The notes: generated by a model not told the origin, from the letters alone. A DNA stretch of 64,000 nt from an uncultured Gammaproteobacteria bacterium (GCA_964491475.1 CAZBFO010000001.1:263538-327537), one strand, 5' to 3'. Shown: positions 17,555-27,466, numbered from the stretch's first letter. Program-made: numbers and translations.

Positions 17555-17905
17555 ATGTCACAGTCGAATCTGCCGCCCAACCGCGAAGGGCGGCCCCGCG
17601 AACCGTCGCTCGAGAACGTCCGCGTCAGCGTCCTGACCGATCCGCAGCGCAAACCCGGCGGCAAAGAGTACGCCCAACGCGTCGCGCGCCAGCTCAAAGG
17701 CGAGGTGGAGTCGGCCATCACGGCCGCAGCGCCGTCCGGACTGCGCGCCCAGTTCGCGGCCGTACAGGAGATGATCAAAAGCGCCTTGCAGAAGATCGAT
17801 CCCAACGCCGTCGACTCCGTCAAAGTGCTCATCCAGGCCGAACAAGGCGATGCCCGGCACCACCGCGAGTACTACGCCACGCCGCAACGGACGCTCGGTT
17901 ACTGA
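17555..17905 (+). CDS. Hypothetical protein
   Basis: 116-aa ORF, GGAG SD, host-like codon usage, hairpin plus T-run at ~17913-17940. Confidence 0.6.
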   Translation: MSQSNLPPNREGRPREPSLENVRVSVLTDPQRKPGGKEYAQRVARQLKGEVESAITAAAPSGLRAQFAAVQEMIKSALQKIDPNAVDSVKVLIQAEQGDARHHREYYATPQRTLGY

Positions 17906-18011
17906 CCCCCGTTCCCCGATGCTCATCGGGGAATTTTTATTAGTACTTTGGCCGAAAAATCAGGCGCAGGCGGGTTTGACGCTGCGACTGAACCCGTGAG
18001 ATAGTATCGGC

Positions 18012-18917
18012 ATGAAACCGTCTGCCAAGCTCGGACTCGTCTTTCTGCTCGCGGTATGCGCCGCGCTGCTTTTCAAGTTCCTGATCGGCGACAGCACCGT
18101 GACCTTGTTCATGCCGCGCGGCACGGTTGCCGCCCACGAACTCCAAGTCTTGCTTCAGCTCGCAGGCATCATGTTGGCGCTCGGCGCACCGATGCTGGTG
18201 CTGTTCTGCGTCTTTGCCTGGAAATACCGCGCCGACAACGCCGAAGCGAAATTCGAGCCGGACCGCATCGCCAGCGGCAGGATGCAGCTGCTGATGTGGC
18301 TCATTCCCGCGCTGTTCGTGGCCGTCATGTGGGGCGTCACCTGGAAGGGGGCGCACAAGCTCGACCCCTTCAAGCCGATTGCTTCCGACAAGCCGCCGAT
18401 CACCATTCAGGTGGTGGCGCTCCGCTGGAAGTGGCTGTTCATCTATCCCGAGCAGCACGTCGCCTCCACCGGCCTGGTGGTATTCCCCGAGGACACCCCG
18501 ATACATTTTGACCTGACCGCCGACGGCCCCATGAGCCTGTTCTGGATCCCGCAGCTGGGCGGCCAGATGGCCGCGATGACCGCGATGAAGACGCAACTGA
18601 ACCTGATTGCGGAGCGCGGCAACTACGACGGAAAGAACACTGAAATCAACGGTCAAGGGTACTCGGACATGGTGTTCGACGCTAAGGCCGTCTCGCGGGA
18701 AGACTTCGACGCCTGGGTGCGGCAAACCAGGATGTCATCGGCCATGCTCGACTCGGACGCCTACGCGAAGCTGGCCGAACCCAGCCGCGACGCCCCGCAA
18801 ATGTACTTTGGCTCGGTCGACCCGGACCTGTTCAGTACCATCATGATGAAAGACAAGCCGGCGACGGCTGATAAAGAACCGGCCCGACCAGAAGCGCCGG
18901 CAATGCACGGCATGTAA
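18012..18917 (+). CDS. cyoA: Cytochrome bo3 quinol oxidase subunit II
   Basis: WKYR, HKLDPFKP, IQVVALRWKWLFIYP, FWIPQLGGQ; no CuA cysteines. Confidence 0.93.
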   Translation: MKPSAKLGLVFLLAVCAALLFKFLIGDSTVTLFMPRGTVAAHELQVLLQLAGIMLALGAPMLVLFCVFAWKYRADNAEAKFEPDRIASGRMQLLMWLIPALFVAVMWGVTWKGAHKLDPFKPIASDKPPITIQVVALRWKWLFIYPEQHVASTGLVVFPEDTPIHFDLTADGPMSLFWIPQLGGQMAAMTAMKTQLNLIAERGNYDGKNTEINGQGYSDMVFDAKAVSREDFDAWVRQTRMSSAMLDSDAYAKLAEPSRDAPQMYFGSVDPDLFSTIMMKDKPATADKEPARPEAPAMHGM

Positions 18918-18925
18918 CCGCACCT

Positions 18926-20896
18926 ATGGGACACTTTCTCTTCGGCAACATCACCTGGGAGGCCCTTCCGCACCAATGGTTCACCGTCGGCGCCACCGCG
19001 TCGCTGACGCTGATGCTGGGCACCATCGCCGCGCTCATCACCAAGGCCAAGCGCTGGAAATGGCTGTGGCACGAATGGCTCACCTCGACCGACCCCAAGA
19101 AGGTCGGCGTGATGTACATCGTCGTGGCGGCCGCGATGTTCTTCCGCGGGCTGCTCGATGCGGTGATGATCTGGGTGCAGCAGGCCATGTCATCCGGCAG
19201 CTCGCACGGCTACGTGAACTCCGAACATTTTCAGCAGATTTTCACGGCACACGGCGACATCATGGTGTTCTTCGTGGCCACGGCGTTCATCGTCGGCCTG
19301 ATGAACATCGTCATCCCCTTGCAGATCGGCACGCGTGACCTGGCCTTCCCCTTCCTGAACACGCTGGGCTTCTGGCTGTTCGTGGCGGGCGCGGTGCTCA
19401 TCAACATGTTCTTCGTGGTCGGCGGCGAGTTCGCGGCTTCTGGCTGGCTGTCGCTGCCGCCGCTGGCCGAACTGGCCTTCAGCCCAAGCACGGGCACCGA
19501 CTATTGGATTTGGAGCTTGCAGATTTCGGGCGCGGGCAGCCTGCTGGCCGGCATCAACTTCGTGGTGACCATCCTCAAGATGCGCGCCCCGGGCATGACG
19601 CTCATGAAAATGCCGGCCTTCACCTGGACCACGCTGTGCAGCTCGGTGCTGGTGCTTTCCGCCTTTCCGGTGCTGACGGCGGTCACGGCGCTGCTGTGGC
19701 TCGACCGCTATTTCGGCATGCATTTCTTCACCACCGACATGGGCGGCAACCCGATGCTGTACGTCAACCTCATCTGGATGTGGGGTCACCCCGAAGTCTA
19801 CATCTTGGTCATTCCCTCGTTCGGCATCTTCTCCGAAGTCATCTCCACCTTCTCCGGCAAGAAGCTGTTCGGCTACGCCTCGATGGTCTGGGCGGCCGTG
19901 GCCATCACCTCGCTGTCCTATCTGGTGTGGCTGCACCATTTCTTCACCATGGGCGCCGGCGCCGACGTCAATGCCATCTTCGGCATGTCGACCATGCTCA
20001 TCGGCATTCCCTCGGCCGTGCAGATCTTCAACTGGACCATGACCATGTACCGCAGCCGCATCCGCTACGCCTCGGCGCTGTACTGGTTCTTCGGCTTCGT
20101 GGCGCTGTTCGCCTTCGGCGGCATGGCGGGAATGCTGCTGGCCTCCCCCGCTTCCGACTACCAGCTGCACAACACCCTCTTCCTGGTGGCCCACTTCCAC
20201 ACCATGATCGTCGGCGTGGCGCTGTTCGGCCTGTTCTCCGGCATCACCTACTGGGCGCCGAAGGTGCTGGGCTTCACTCTCGACGAAAAGTGGGGCAAGC
20301 GCGCCTTCTGGCTGTGGCTGATCGGCTTTTTGGTGTCGTTCGGCCCGCTCTACGTGCTGGGCTCGATGGGCGCGCCGCGCCGCATGGACCACTACGCCGC
20401 CTCGACCGGCTTCCAGCCGCTGTTCATCGTGGCGGCCATCGGCTGCGTCATCCTGACCGCCGGGGCGGTGGCCCAGGGCTGGCAGTTCGTGGTCAGCATC
20501 AGGAACCGCAAGCAGAACATGGACCGCACCGGCGACCCTTGGAACGGCCGCACCCTGGAGTGGTCCGTCCCCTCACCGCCGCCGTTCTATAACTTCGCCG
20601 TAATTCCCGAGGTCCGCGATCGTGACGCCTGGTGGGACATGAAGCAGCACCCGAGCACCGCGCCAATCCAATACAAGGACATCGAGCTGCCCAAGAACAC
20701 CCCGATGGGCATTTACCTGGCCGGCTTCGCCTTCCTGCTCGGCTTCGCCCTCACCTGGCACATTCATTGGATGGAAATCCTCGGCCTCGCGGGCATCATC
20801 GGCGTGGTCATCGTCCGTTCGTTCGACGAGCACACCGAGTACGTCCTGCCCGCGGCAGAAGTGGAGCGGCTTGAACTGGCACGCAAGAACGTATGA
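18926..20896 (+). CDS. cyoB: Cytochrome bo3 quinol oxidase subunit I
   Basis: IFTAHG, WGHPEVY, WLHHFF, AHFH ligands; quinol-site RGLLD and HFQQ. Confidence 0.97.
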   Translation: MGHFLFGNITWEALPHQWFTVGATASLTLMLGTIAALITKAKRWKWLWHEWLTSTDPKKVGVMYIVVAAAMFFRGLLDAVMIWVQQAMSSGSSHGYVNSEHFQQIFTAHGDIMVFFVATAFIVGLMNIVIPLQIGTRDLAFPFLNTLGFWLFVAGAVLINMFFVVGGEFAASGWLSLPPLAELAFSPSTGTDYWIWSLQISGAGSLLAGINFVVTILKMRAPGMTLMKMPAFTWTTLCSSVLVLSAFPVLTAVTALLWLDRYFGMHFFTTDMGGNPMLYVNLIWMWGHPEVYILVIPSFGIFSEVISTFSGKKLFGYASMVWAAVAITSLSYLVWLHHFFTMGAGADVNAIFGMSTMLIGIPSAVQIFNWTMTMYRSRIRYASALYWFFGFVALFAFGGMAGMLLASPASDYQLHNTLFLVAHFHTMIVGVALFGLFSGITYWAPKVLGFTLDEKWGKRAFWLWLIGFLVSFGPLYVLGSMGAPRRMDHYAASTGFQPLFIVAAIGCVILTAGAVAQGWQFVVSIRNRKQNMDRTGDPWNGRTLEWSVPSPPPFYNFAVIPEVRDRDAWWDMKQHPSTAPIQYKDIELPKNTPMGIYLAGFAFLLGFALTWHIHWMEILGLAGIIGVVIVRSFDEHTEYVLPAAEVERLELARKNV

Positions 20897-21474
20897 GCAC
20901 CCATCACGAGGAAGCAGCCAAGGAACGCGTCGTGTTCGGCCTGTGGGTCTACCTGATGACCGACCTGGTGGTGTTCGCGTCGCTGTTCGGCGCGTACGCG
21001 GTGCTGCATAACGCCACCGCCGGCGGCCCGACCGGCAAGGAAATCTTCAGCATGCCGGCGGTGCTGGCCGAAACGCTCATTCTTTTGGCGAGCAGTTTCA
21101 CGAGCAGCCTGGCGATGCTGGCCGTGAGCGGCAAGGACGTGCGAAAGACGCTGCTCTGGTTCGGCGCCACCTTCCTGCTCGGCTGCGCCTTCCTCGGATT
21201 CGAACTGCAGGAGTTCTCCGCGCTCATCCGCGAAGGCAACGGGCCGCAGCGCTCGGCGTTCCTCTCCGCGTTCTTCACGCTGGTGGGCACGCACGGGGCG
21301 CACATCTTCACCGGCCTGCTCTGGATGGCCGTGTCGATGGTGCAGGTCAGGAAATTCGGCCTGTCCGCGTTCGTGTCCTCCAAGCTGGAGCGGTTGAGCC
21401 TGTTCTGGCACTTCCTGGACCTGGTCTGGATCTTCATCTTCACGGTGGTCTACCTGATGGGCCACGCCGCCTAG
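20893..21474 (+). CDS. cyoC: Cytochrome bo3 quinol oxidase subunit III
   Basis: FGLWVYLMTD, FLSAFFTLVGTHGAH, FWHFLDLVW; ATGA overlap with cyoB. Confidence 0.95.
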   Translation: MSTHHEEAAKERVVFGLWVYLMTDLVVFASLFGAYAVLHNATAGGPTGKEIFSMPAVLAETLILLASSFTSSLAMLAVSGKDVRKTLLWFGATFLLGCAFLGFELQEFSALIREGNGPQRSAFLSAFFTLVGTHGAHIFTGLLWMAVSMVQVRKFGLSAFVSSKLERLSLFWHFLDLVWIFIFTVVYLMGHAA

Positions 21475-21485
21475 CGCCTCTCCAT

Positions 21486-21824
21486 ATGAAAAGCGCAACT
21501 CTCAAAAGCTACTCCGTCGGACTGGTCGCCTCGGTCGGCCTGACCTTGGCCGCATACTTCCTGGTGGTCAATCAGGTGCTTTCCGGCCGCCAACTTACGC
21601 ACGTCATCCTGGCGATGGCCGTGGCGCAGCTGGTGGTGCAGATGGTCTACTTCCTCGGCGCCGAATCGCGCGACCGCTGGAACTTGAGCACGTTCCTGCT
21701 GACGCTGGGCCTGGTGCTGATCGTGGTGGTCGGCTCCCTGTGGATCATGGATCACCTCAACGTGGCCATGTCCGGCTCGCAGCCCAAGATGATGGAATAC
21801 ATCGACAGCCAGCAGGGCTTCTAA
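21486..21824 (+). CDS. cyoD: Cytochrome bo3 quinol oxidase subunit IV
   Basis: Three TM helices, AVAQLVVQ, GSLWIM; operon position. Confidence 0.9.
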   Translation: MKSATLKSYSVGLVASVGLTLAAYFLVVNQVLSGRQLTHVILAMAVAQLVVQMVYFLGAESRDRWNLSTFLLTLGLVLIVVVGSLWIMDHLNVAMSGSQPKMMEYIDSQQGF

Positions 21825-21835
21825 ACGCGAACCGG

Positions 21836-22708
21836 ATGTCTTTCAAGAACTACTACCGCCTTGCCAAGCCCGGCATCGTCTACGGCAACCTGGTTCCGGT
21901 CATCGGCGCCTTCCTCCTGGCGTCGCACGGGCAGGTGCGCCCCGTCACTTTCACGGCCACGCTCGCGGGCATCGCGCTGCTGATGGGCTCGTCGTGCGTG
22001 TTCAACAACGTCATCGACCGCGACATCGACGCCAAGATGAACCGCACCAAGAACCGCGCCACCGTCACAGGGCAGATTTCGGTTCGCGCGGCGCTGCTGT
22101 ACGGCACCGTCCTCGGCGCCGTCGGCCTGGCCTTGCTTTTGCCGTACGCCAACTTCACCGCCGCCGCAGTCGGCGCCGTCGGCTTTTTCTTTTACGTGGT
22201 GCTGTACAGCATGTGGGCCAAGCGCCATACCGTCTGGGCTACCGAAATCGGCAGCGTCGCCGGGGCCGTGCCGCCGGTGGTAGGCTACGTGGCCGTCACC
22301 GACCGTCTCGACCTGGCCGCCGTGCTCCTGTTCGCCCTGATGGTCGCCTGGCAGATGCCCCACTTTTACGGCATCGCCATCCGCCTCGCCGACGACTACG
22401 CGGCCGCCAAAATCCCCGCCCTGCCACTCGCGCGCGGCCTGCGTGCCGCCAAGGTGCGGATGACCGGCTATATCGTCGCCTTCATCGTCGCTGCTTCCCT
22501 GCTGACGGTGCTCGGCTACACCGGCTACGTCTACCTGGCCGTAGTGCTGCTGTTCGGCCTGGCTTGGCTGCGCCTGTGCCTGCTGGGGTTCAGCATTCCC
22601 GATCAGGACAAGGCAAACGCGCCTTGGGCAAGGCGCGTGTTCCTGTTCTCGCTGTGGGTGCTTTTGGCGACGTTCGCCGCCATGGGCCTTTCTCCGTGGC
22701 TGCCCTAA
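21836..22708 (+). CDS. cyoE: Heme o synthase (protoheme IX farnesyltransferase)
   Basis: KPGI, NNVIDRDIDAKMNRT, GAVPP, WQMPHF. Confidence 0.95.
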   Translation: MSFKNYYRLAKPGIVYGNLVPVIGAFLLASHGQVRPVTFTATLAGIALLMGSSCVFNNVIDRDIDAKMNRTKNRATVTGQISVRAALLYGTVLGAVGLALLLPYANFTAAAVGAVGFFFYVVLYSMWAKRHTVWATEIGSVAGAVPPVVGYVAVTDRLDLAAVLLFALMVAWQMPHFYGIAIRLADDYAAAKIPALPLARGLRAAKVRMTGYIVAFIVAASLLTVLGYTGYVYLAVVLLFGLAWLRLCLLGFSIPDQDKANAPWARRVFLFSLWVLLATFAAMGLSPWLP

Positions 22709-23415
22709 TAATCCGTGAGCGCGTCGCCGCCGCCGGTGCTCCAGTTCTGGGGAATGACGTATGTGGCCGACAAGCTGCTGCCGGTGTCCGTCGTTTGCGC
22801 TCCTCCTGCCACGGACGCGCCGGCATCCGCGGCTGCGGCGGCCGCATCTGCCGCAGGAGTCGCGTTCGCAGCCGCAGCTGCGTCCGACGTCGCCGCCGCA
22901 GCCGTCTCCGGCAAAGTGCCGACCGGAATCTGCGCGAGATCGGCATTGGTGATGCCCAAGCTCAAGTAGCGCATGATCGCGTACGCGGCAGAGCCGTCAG
23001 CCATGTAGATGATGCGGCACTTTCCGGGATCGACGTACCAGGCTTCGCCGCGCTTCTGCACCTGCAGCAGGATTTTGCCCCGCAGACCGGCAGCGAAGGC
23101 GTTGCCGGCGCAAATCGAAGCCGACGCCTTCATGTCGGCCGTCGTCGCGACGGACGGCATCTTGGCAAGATCCGCATCGGTGATGCCCAAGCTGAACTTG
23201 CGCATCATCTGATACGCCGTGGCACCGTCCTTCATGTAGTAGCGCTTGCCGTCGGTCGGAACGACGTACCAGGCTTCGCCCCTGCTTTGGACCTGAAGCA
23301 GGATATGCCCCTTGAGCCTGTCGGCAAGGGTCTGCGCGGGTGCGGCGGCAACCATGACCGTCGGCAACGCCAGCAGCAGAGCGGCGAAAGCGATTTTGAG
23401 AAGTCTCCGTGGCAT
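22705..23415 (-). CDS. Secreted protein with two GxILLQV..GEAWYV repeats and an Ala-rich linker
   Basis: Signal peptide; duplicated ~70-aa unit ending LGITxADLA; stop overlaps the cyoE stop. Confidence 0.8.
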   Translation of the reverse strand: MPRRLLKIAFAALLLALPTVMVAAAPAQTLADRLKGHILLQVQSRGEAWYVVPTDGKRYYMKDGATAYQMMRKFSLGITDADLAKMPSVATTADMKASASICAGNAFAAGLRGKILLQVQKRGEAWYVDPGKCRIIYMADGSAAYAIMRYLSLGITNADLAQIPVGTLPETAAAATSDAAAAANATPAADAAAAAADAGASVAGGAQTTDTGSSLSATYVIPQNWSTGGGDALTDY

Positions 23416-23461
23416 ACGCCGTCAGTATAGCGCAAAACGCCCCTAGCCGTCAGCCGCAACG

Positions 23462-25057
23462 TCAGGCCGCGGGCAGAGAGAAGCAGAATGTCGAACCCTT
23501 GTTCCTTCCCTTGGAAACGAAAGTGATTTTGGCCTTGTGCGCGTCCAGGATGTGCTTGACGATGAACAGGCCCAGTCCCGAGCCGCCAGTGTCCAGTCGG
23601 ACCGCCTCCATGCCCCTGGAAAAGACCTCGAACAGGCGGCTCTTCTCGACATCCGTCATGCCGATGCCGGTGTCCTTCACCTGCACGGCGACCTGGTCGC
23701 CCTCCTTGCGCAAGCTCAAGCACACCTGCCCTTCCTTGGTGTATTTGATGGAGTTGTCGAGCAGGTTCATGATGACGTGAAAGATCTTTCCTTCGTCGCA
23801 GGTGACGTGCGGCAGGTCGGCGGGGATGACGGCGACGACCTTAATGCCTTTCTTCCGCCCCAGCGGCTCCAGCTCGGCGACGGCCTGCTTGGCCAGCTTG
23901 GCGAGTTCCACCTCGCTCAACAGCAGCTCCAGCTTGCCCAACTGGATCTTGGCCGCGTCGAGGAACGTGTCGATGGTCGATTCGAGGAGGTTGAGCGCCT
24001 GAATGTTGGTGTCGAGGATTCGCACCTGGTCCTTGCTGACCCTGCCGAAATTCCCTTCCTTGAACATCTCCAGGTACATCCGGACGCCGGAAACGGGAGC
24101 GCGCATCTGGTGCGACGCCAGGGAAACGAAGCGCGACTTGAGCCGGTCCGCCTCGATCAGGTTCTTGTTCAGCTTGAGCGCGTGCTCGTTGAGCATCTGC
24201 ACCTGCTGCATGCGCCGCACTTCGTCGATGAGGGTGCGGGTGATCAGCGCCGTGTACAGCATCAGGATGATCATCATCACCGCGCGCAGCGTAAAGTCGA
24301 TCTGCGCCTGGGTGATGACGATGTTCAGCAGGACGACGAACAAGGTGATGACCATGAACAGCTGCGGTCCAAGCAGGCGCACCCGAGCGATGAAGTTCTT
24401 GTCGATGACCGAAGTGGCCATCACGCCCATGCCCACCACCAGGCAGACGTTGGCGAGCAAAATCGAGTTCGGCTCGTCCGTGAAGCGCGTGCCGTACAGC
24501 ACGCCGAACACGGCGTCAAAGGCGATGATGGCACCCAGGAGCACGTAGATGAGGTTGTTGCTGTCCTTGACCCCTCCGCGCCGCGATCCGCGAAACACGA
24601 CCGCGAACGAGGCGATCAGCAGCACGGCCAGATGGACGGCAAACAGGTTCTGCCCCGTTTCTGCGACCACCTGGTTGCCCATCACGTCGGCCACCACGGC
24701 GTCGGAAAGGTAGGCGACGCCGAACAGAAATACGTTGGGCAGCGCCATCAGCGCCTGCGCCCACAGGGGCGGAAACTTTCCGCGAACGAAAGTGCTGACG
24801 AACACCAGGAAAAGCAGCGGGATGAGCGACCCCAGGAAGAAGATGGTGCGCAGCCAGAAAATCTTCCCGCTGACGTCTTCCGCGTTCCTCCACAGCCCCA
24901 ACGCGAACATCCACGAAGAAACGACAAGGAGCAGCGTGCCGAAGGCGACGTTGCGTGCGTCATGGCGCCGCTCATAATACACCCAGATGCCAAGCGCAAA
25001 AGTGATCAGCGCCGCGAGCAGCGTATTGTGCGCGATGACGAAAGAGAGCGGATCCAT
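23462..25057 (-). CDS. Sensor histidine kinase with multi-TM N-terminal region
   Basis: SHQMRAP H-box, NLLDNSIKYT, DTGIG, GSGLGL, GSTF boxes. Confidence 0.93.
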   Translation of the reverse strand: MDPLSFVIAHNTLLAALITFALGIWVYYERRHDARNVAFGTLLLVVSSWMFALGLWRNAEDVSGKIFWLRTIFFLGSLIPLLFLVFVSTFVRGKFPPLWAQALMALPNVFLFGVAYLSDAVVADVMGNQVVAETGQNLFAVHLAVLLIASFAVVFRGSRRGGVKDSNNLIYVLLGAIIAFDAVFGVLYGTRFTDEPNSILLANVCLVVGMGVMATSVIDKNFIARVRLLGPQLFMVITLFVVLLNIVITQAQIDFTLRAVMMIILMLYTALITRTLIDEVRRMQQVQMLNEHALKLNKNLIEADRLKSRFVSLASHQMRAPVSGVRMYLEMFKEGNFGRVSKDQVRILDTNIQALNLLESTIDTFLDAAKIQLGKLELLLSEVELAKLAKQAVAELEPLGRKKGIKVVAVIPADLPHVTCDEGKIFHVIMNLLDNSIKYTKEGQVCLSLRKEGDQVAVQVKDTGIGMTDVEKSRLFEVFSRGMEAVRLDTGGSGLGLFIVKHILDAHKAKITFVSKGRNKGSTFCFSLPAA

Positions 25058-25082
25058 AACTGCAGCGTCTTACCCGGACGTT

Positions 25083-25541
25083 TTACTTCTTTTTTGCCGA
25101 CCCTGACTTCTTCGCGGGTTTCCGCGCGGGCTTCTTGGTCGTCCTGCTCTTGCTCAACACCTGCTCGATGGTGGCGATGGCATCAGAGGGAATCACCTTG
25201 GTCTTGGCCAAGTACGCCGCCGCCCCGTCGGCCAGCCCCTTCTCGACGTCGGCCGGCTGCGACATGCCGGTGAGCATGATGACCGGAACGGCCTGGGTCT
25301 TTGCCGAGGACTTGAGCTGCGACAGCGTCTCAAAACCGTCCATTTCCGGCATCACCACGTCGAGAAGCACCAGGTCGTACTTGAGGGTCCCCGCCTCCTT
25401 TAGCCCCTCCCTGCCGTTACGGGCGTAGGTCACCGAATAACCGGCGCGCGTGAGCATTTCGCCATATAGACCGCTGATAAAGACGTCGTCGTCGACCACC
25501 AGGATATTGGCTTTTTGGGGCTGGATGGGGATTTCCTTCAT
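25083..25541 (-). CDS. Single-domain response regulator
   Basis: ILVVDDD, LLDVVMPEMDG, VIMLT, YLAK; basic tail, no output domain. Confidence 0.92.
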   Translation of the reverse strand: MKEIPIQPQKANILVVDDDVFISGLYGEMLTRAGYSVTYARNGREGLKEAGTLKYDLVLLDVVMPEMDGFETLSQLKSSAKTQAVPVIMLTGMSQPADVEKGLADGAAAYLAKTKVIPSDAIATIEQVLSKSRTTKKPARKPAKKSGSAKKK

Positions 25542-25656
25542 AGGAATGTCGTGAGTATAGCACGAAACCGGCGAAGCCGGGCGTACCTGCCAGCACGGCC
25601 TTCTTATGCCACGCGCACCTACTTGCACTGCGGCACCAGATCAACCCTGAAGCGCG

Positions 25657-25995
25657 CTACGCCTGGCTGGCGGCCAAAAACGCGATGATCAAAAACGTCA
25701 GGCAGGCAAAGGCCCCGACGGTCCAGCCGAGCATCTGCAAGGCCTCTTTTTTCTTTCCGTCCACGTACAGCATGACCGGCTTGCCGAAGATGAGCGATGC
25801 CATCACCGTCGCCGAGAGGACGAACAGCGACAGGAACATCATCGGTATGACGACATTCGGTTCGCCGACATTTCCGAATATGCGTGCGGTATTCGAAAAG
25901 AACAGGGCGATGAGCACTATGTAGGCAATGGCGGCAAGAGCGTTCAGGACTCCCCTTTTGGCGACGATTTTTTGATCGTTATGGCGAAAAAACAT
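25657..25995 (-). CDS. Small membrane protein
   Basis: Three TM segments, LFVLSA...GKPVMLY.DGKKKEA. Confidence 0.75.
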   Translation of the reverse strand: MFFRHNDQKIVAKRGVLNALAAIAYIVLIALFFSNTARIFGNVGEPNVVIPMMFLSLFVLSATVMASLIFGKPVMLYVDGKKKEALQMLGWTVGAFACLTFLIIAFLAASQA

Positions 25996-26020
25996 GGCTT
26001 TGGGGCTTACGCTTGAAAAA

Positions 26021-26554
26021 CTATTTGCAAGTGAACGTCGCGTCGACATTGACGGTCGGATCGGTCGTCAATCCGATGCCGGCGATGAATTTGCCCTTGA
26101 CGGTCGCGGTCTTGAGATCGGCTCCCCAAGTGACGGTGGCATCGCCAGCCGCCTCGCTCTGGTGGTAACCATGGTGGGGACTGTTGAGCACGGCGAGTTG
26201 CGTCTGCACGCCCGGGGTGCGCGAGGAGTCGTTGATCGACGAAAGCTGCCAGCCGTCGAAGCTCGCTTGGAACACCGCACCGGTCATCGTCGCCGGATAG
26301 GCGTATCCGCAGTGCGCCGGAAACGTACCGTGCTCGGTTTCTGCGCCAGTGACGGTCACCGTGACCGTAGAGGCCTCGGCAACCGGCGCGGCCGACGGGG
26401 TGGGTGCCGACGTCGGAGCCGGAGCGGGCGCAGGCGCGGGGGCAGGATTCGCCGCGACCGAGCCGCCCTGCGTCGCTGCGCATCCGGCGCCAACGAACAG
26501 CAAGCCGGCGATGCTTACCGAAAACGCGAATGCATGCGAAAAACGTTTTTGCAT
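26021..26554 (-). CDS. Putative lipoprotein with Pro/Ala linker
   Basis: LLFVGAGC lipobox-like motif followed by PAPAPAPAP. Confidence 0.7.
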   Translation of the reverse strand: MQKRFSHAFAFSVSIAGLLFVGAGCAATQGGSVAANPAPAPAPAPAPTSAPTPSAAPVAEASTVTVTVTGAETEHGTFPAHCGYAYPATMTGAVFQASFDGWQLSSINDSSRTPGVQTQLAVLNSPHHGYHQSEAAGDATVTWGADLKTATVKGKFIAGIGLTTDPTVNVDATFTCK

Positions 26555-26631
26555 AGTTGGAGGGTTACTCGCTAAGGATGCCATCATTATTGCACAAAAA
26601 ACGCCGACTTTGAAGGCAGTTAACCGAAGGG

Positions 26632-27267
26632 CTAGGCGCGCCCCCGCAGAAACGCCTGTACCTGCACCGTACCCGTCAGGGGCTTTCCCGCAGGCTCGTA
26701 CGTGGCGATGATGACGCCGGAGGGCGAAATTTTGGCGTCGAGCAGTTTGAATCCGGTCGGTTGCGTACCGTCGGCGAAAAGCCGTTTCCCGCACCCGATG
26801 GTCACCGGGTACGTCCAAACATGCATCTCATCGACGAGGCCATGCCGAAGCAGGGTTTGAATCAGGTTGCCGCTCCCGTGCACCCACAGATCGGGGCCGT
26901 CTTGCCGCTTGAGCTTCTTGATTTCCGCGACGACGTCACCCGTGACGCAGACGGAGTTGTTCCAGGCCGGCTCAAAAGACGCATGCGAAACCACGTATTT
27001 CCTGGTCGAGTTGAATGGAGTCGCGACGGTTTCAATTTCTGGATGGTTCGGCCAATAGCCGGCGAAGATGTCGTAGGTGACCCTGCCGAGCAGGAGTTCG
27101 AACGGAGCGCGCATGAATCCGCTCATGATCGTGCCCGACACGTCGTCCCAGTAGCTCATTGACCAGCCGCCGTAGGCAAAACCGCCGGACCTGTCCTCAT
27201 CGGGATCGCCCGGCGCCTGCATGACGCCGTCCATGGTGACGAATGTGGTGGTAATGATTTTTCGCAT
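26632..27267 (-). CDS. Dihydrofolate reductase/RibD C-terminal family protein
   Basis: TMDGVMQAPG, LLLGRVTY, VHGSGNL, GLVDE, GKRLF. Confidence 0.9.
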   Translation of the reverse strand: MRKIITTTFVTMDGVMQAPGDPDEDRSGGFAYGGWSMSYWDDVSGTIMSGFMRAPFELLLGRVTYDIFAGYWPNHPEIETVATPFNSTRKYVVSHASFEPAWNNSVCVTGDVVAEIKKLKRQDGPDLWVHGSGNLIQTLLRHGLVDEMHVWTYPVTIGCGKRLFADGTQPTGFKLLDAKISPSGVIIATYEPAGKPLTGTVQVQAFLRGRA

Positions 27268-27436
27268 AGAATTGAATAGGATTACTCGGCTTCCTCATCC
27301 ATTCGCCGGCATGGATTTCGCGGGCACGGGATACCAATCTGGCAGCTTTTGACCGACGGTATTGTCATAAGGCCGCGAGCCCATTGGCTTGGGCTTGAGT
27401 CAGATTTTGAATTGATGACAACCCCCATAGCATACC

Positions 27437-27464
27437 AAAACCCGAACCTTTCGGCTCGGGTTTT
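27437..27464 (-). terminator. Terminator downstream of tRNA-Gln
   Basis: AAAACCCGAAC-CTTTCG-GCTCGGGTTTT. Confidence 0.65.
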
Positions 27465-27466
27465 CG

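Noticed and set aside
23462-25541. Two-component system as dedicated regulator of cyoABCDE
   Set aside because: Proximity only; the response regulator has no DNA-binding domain and the kinase has no recognisable PAS/heme sensor.
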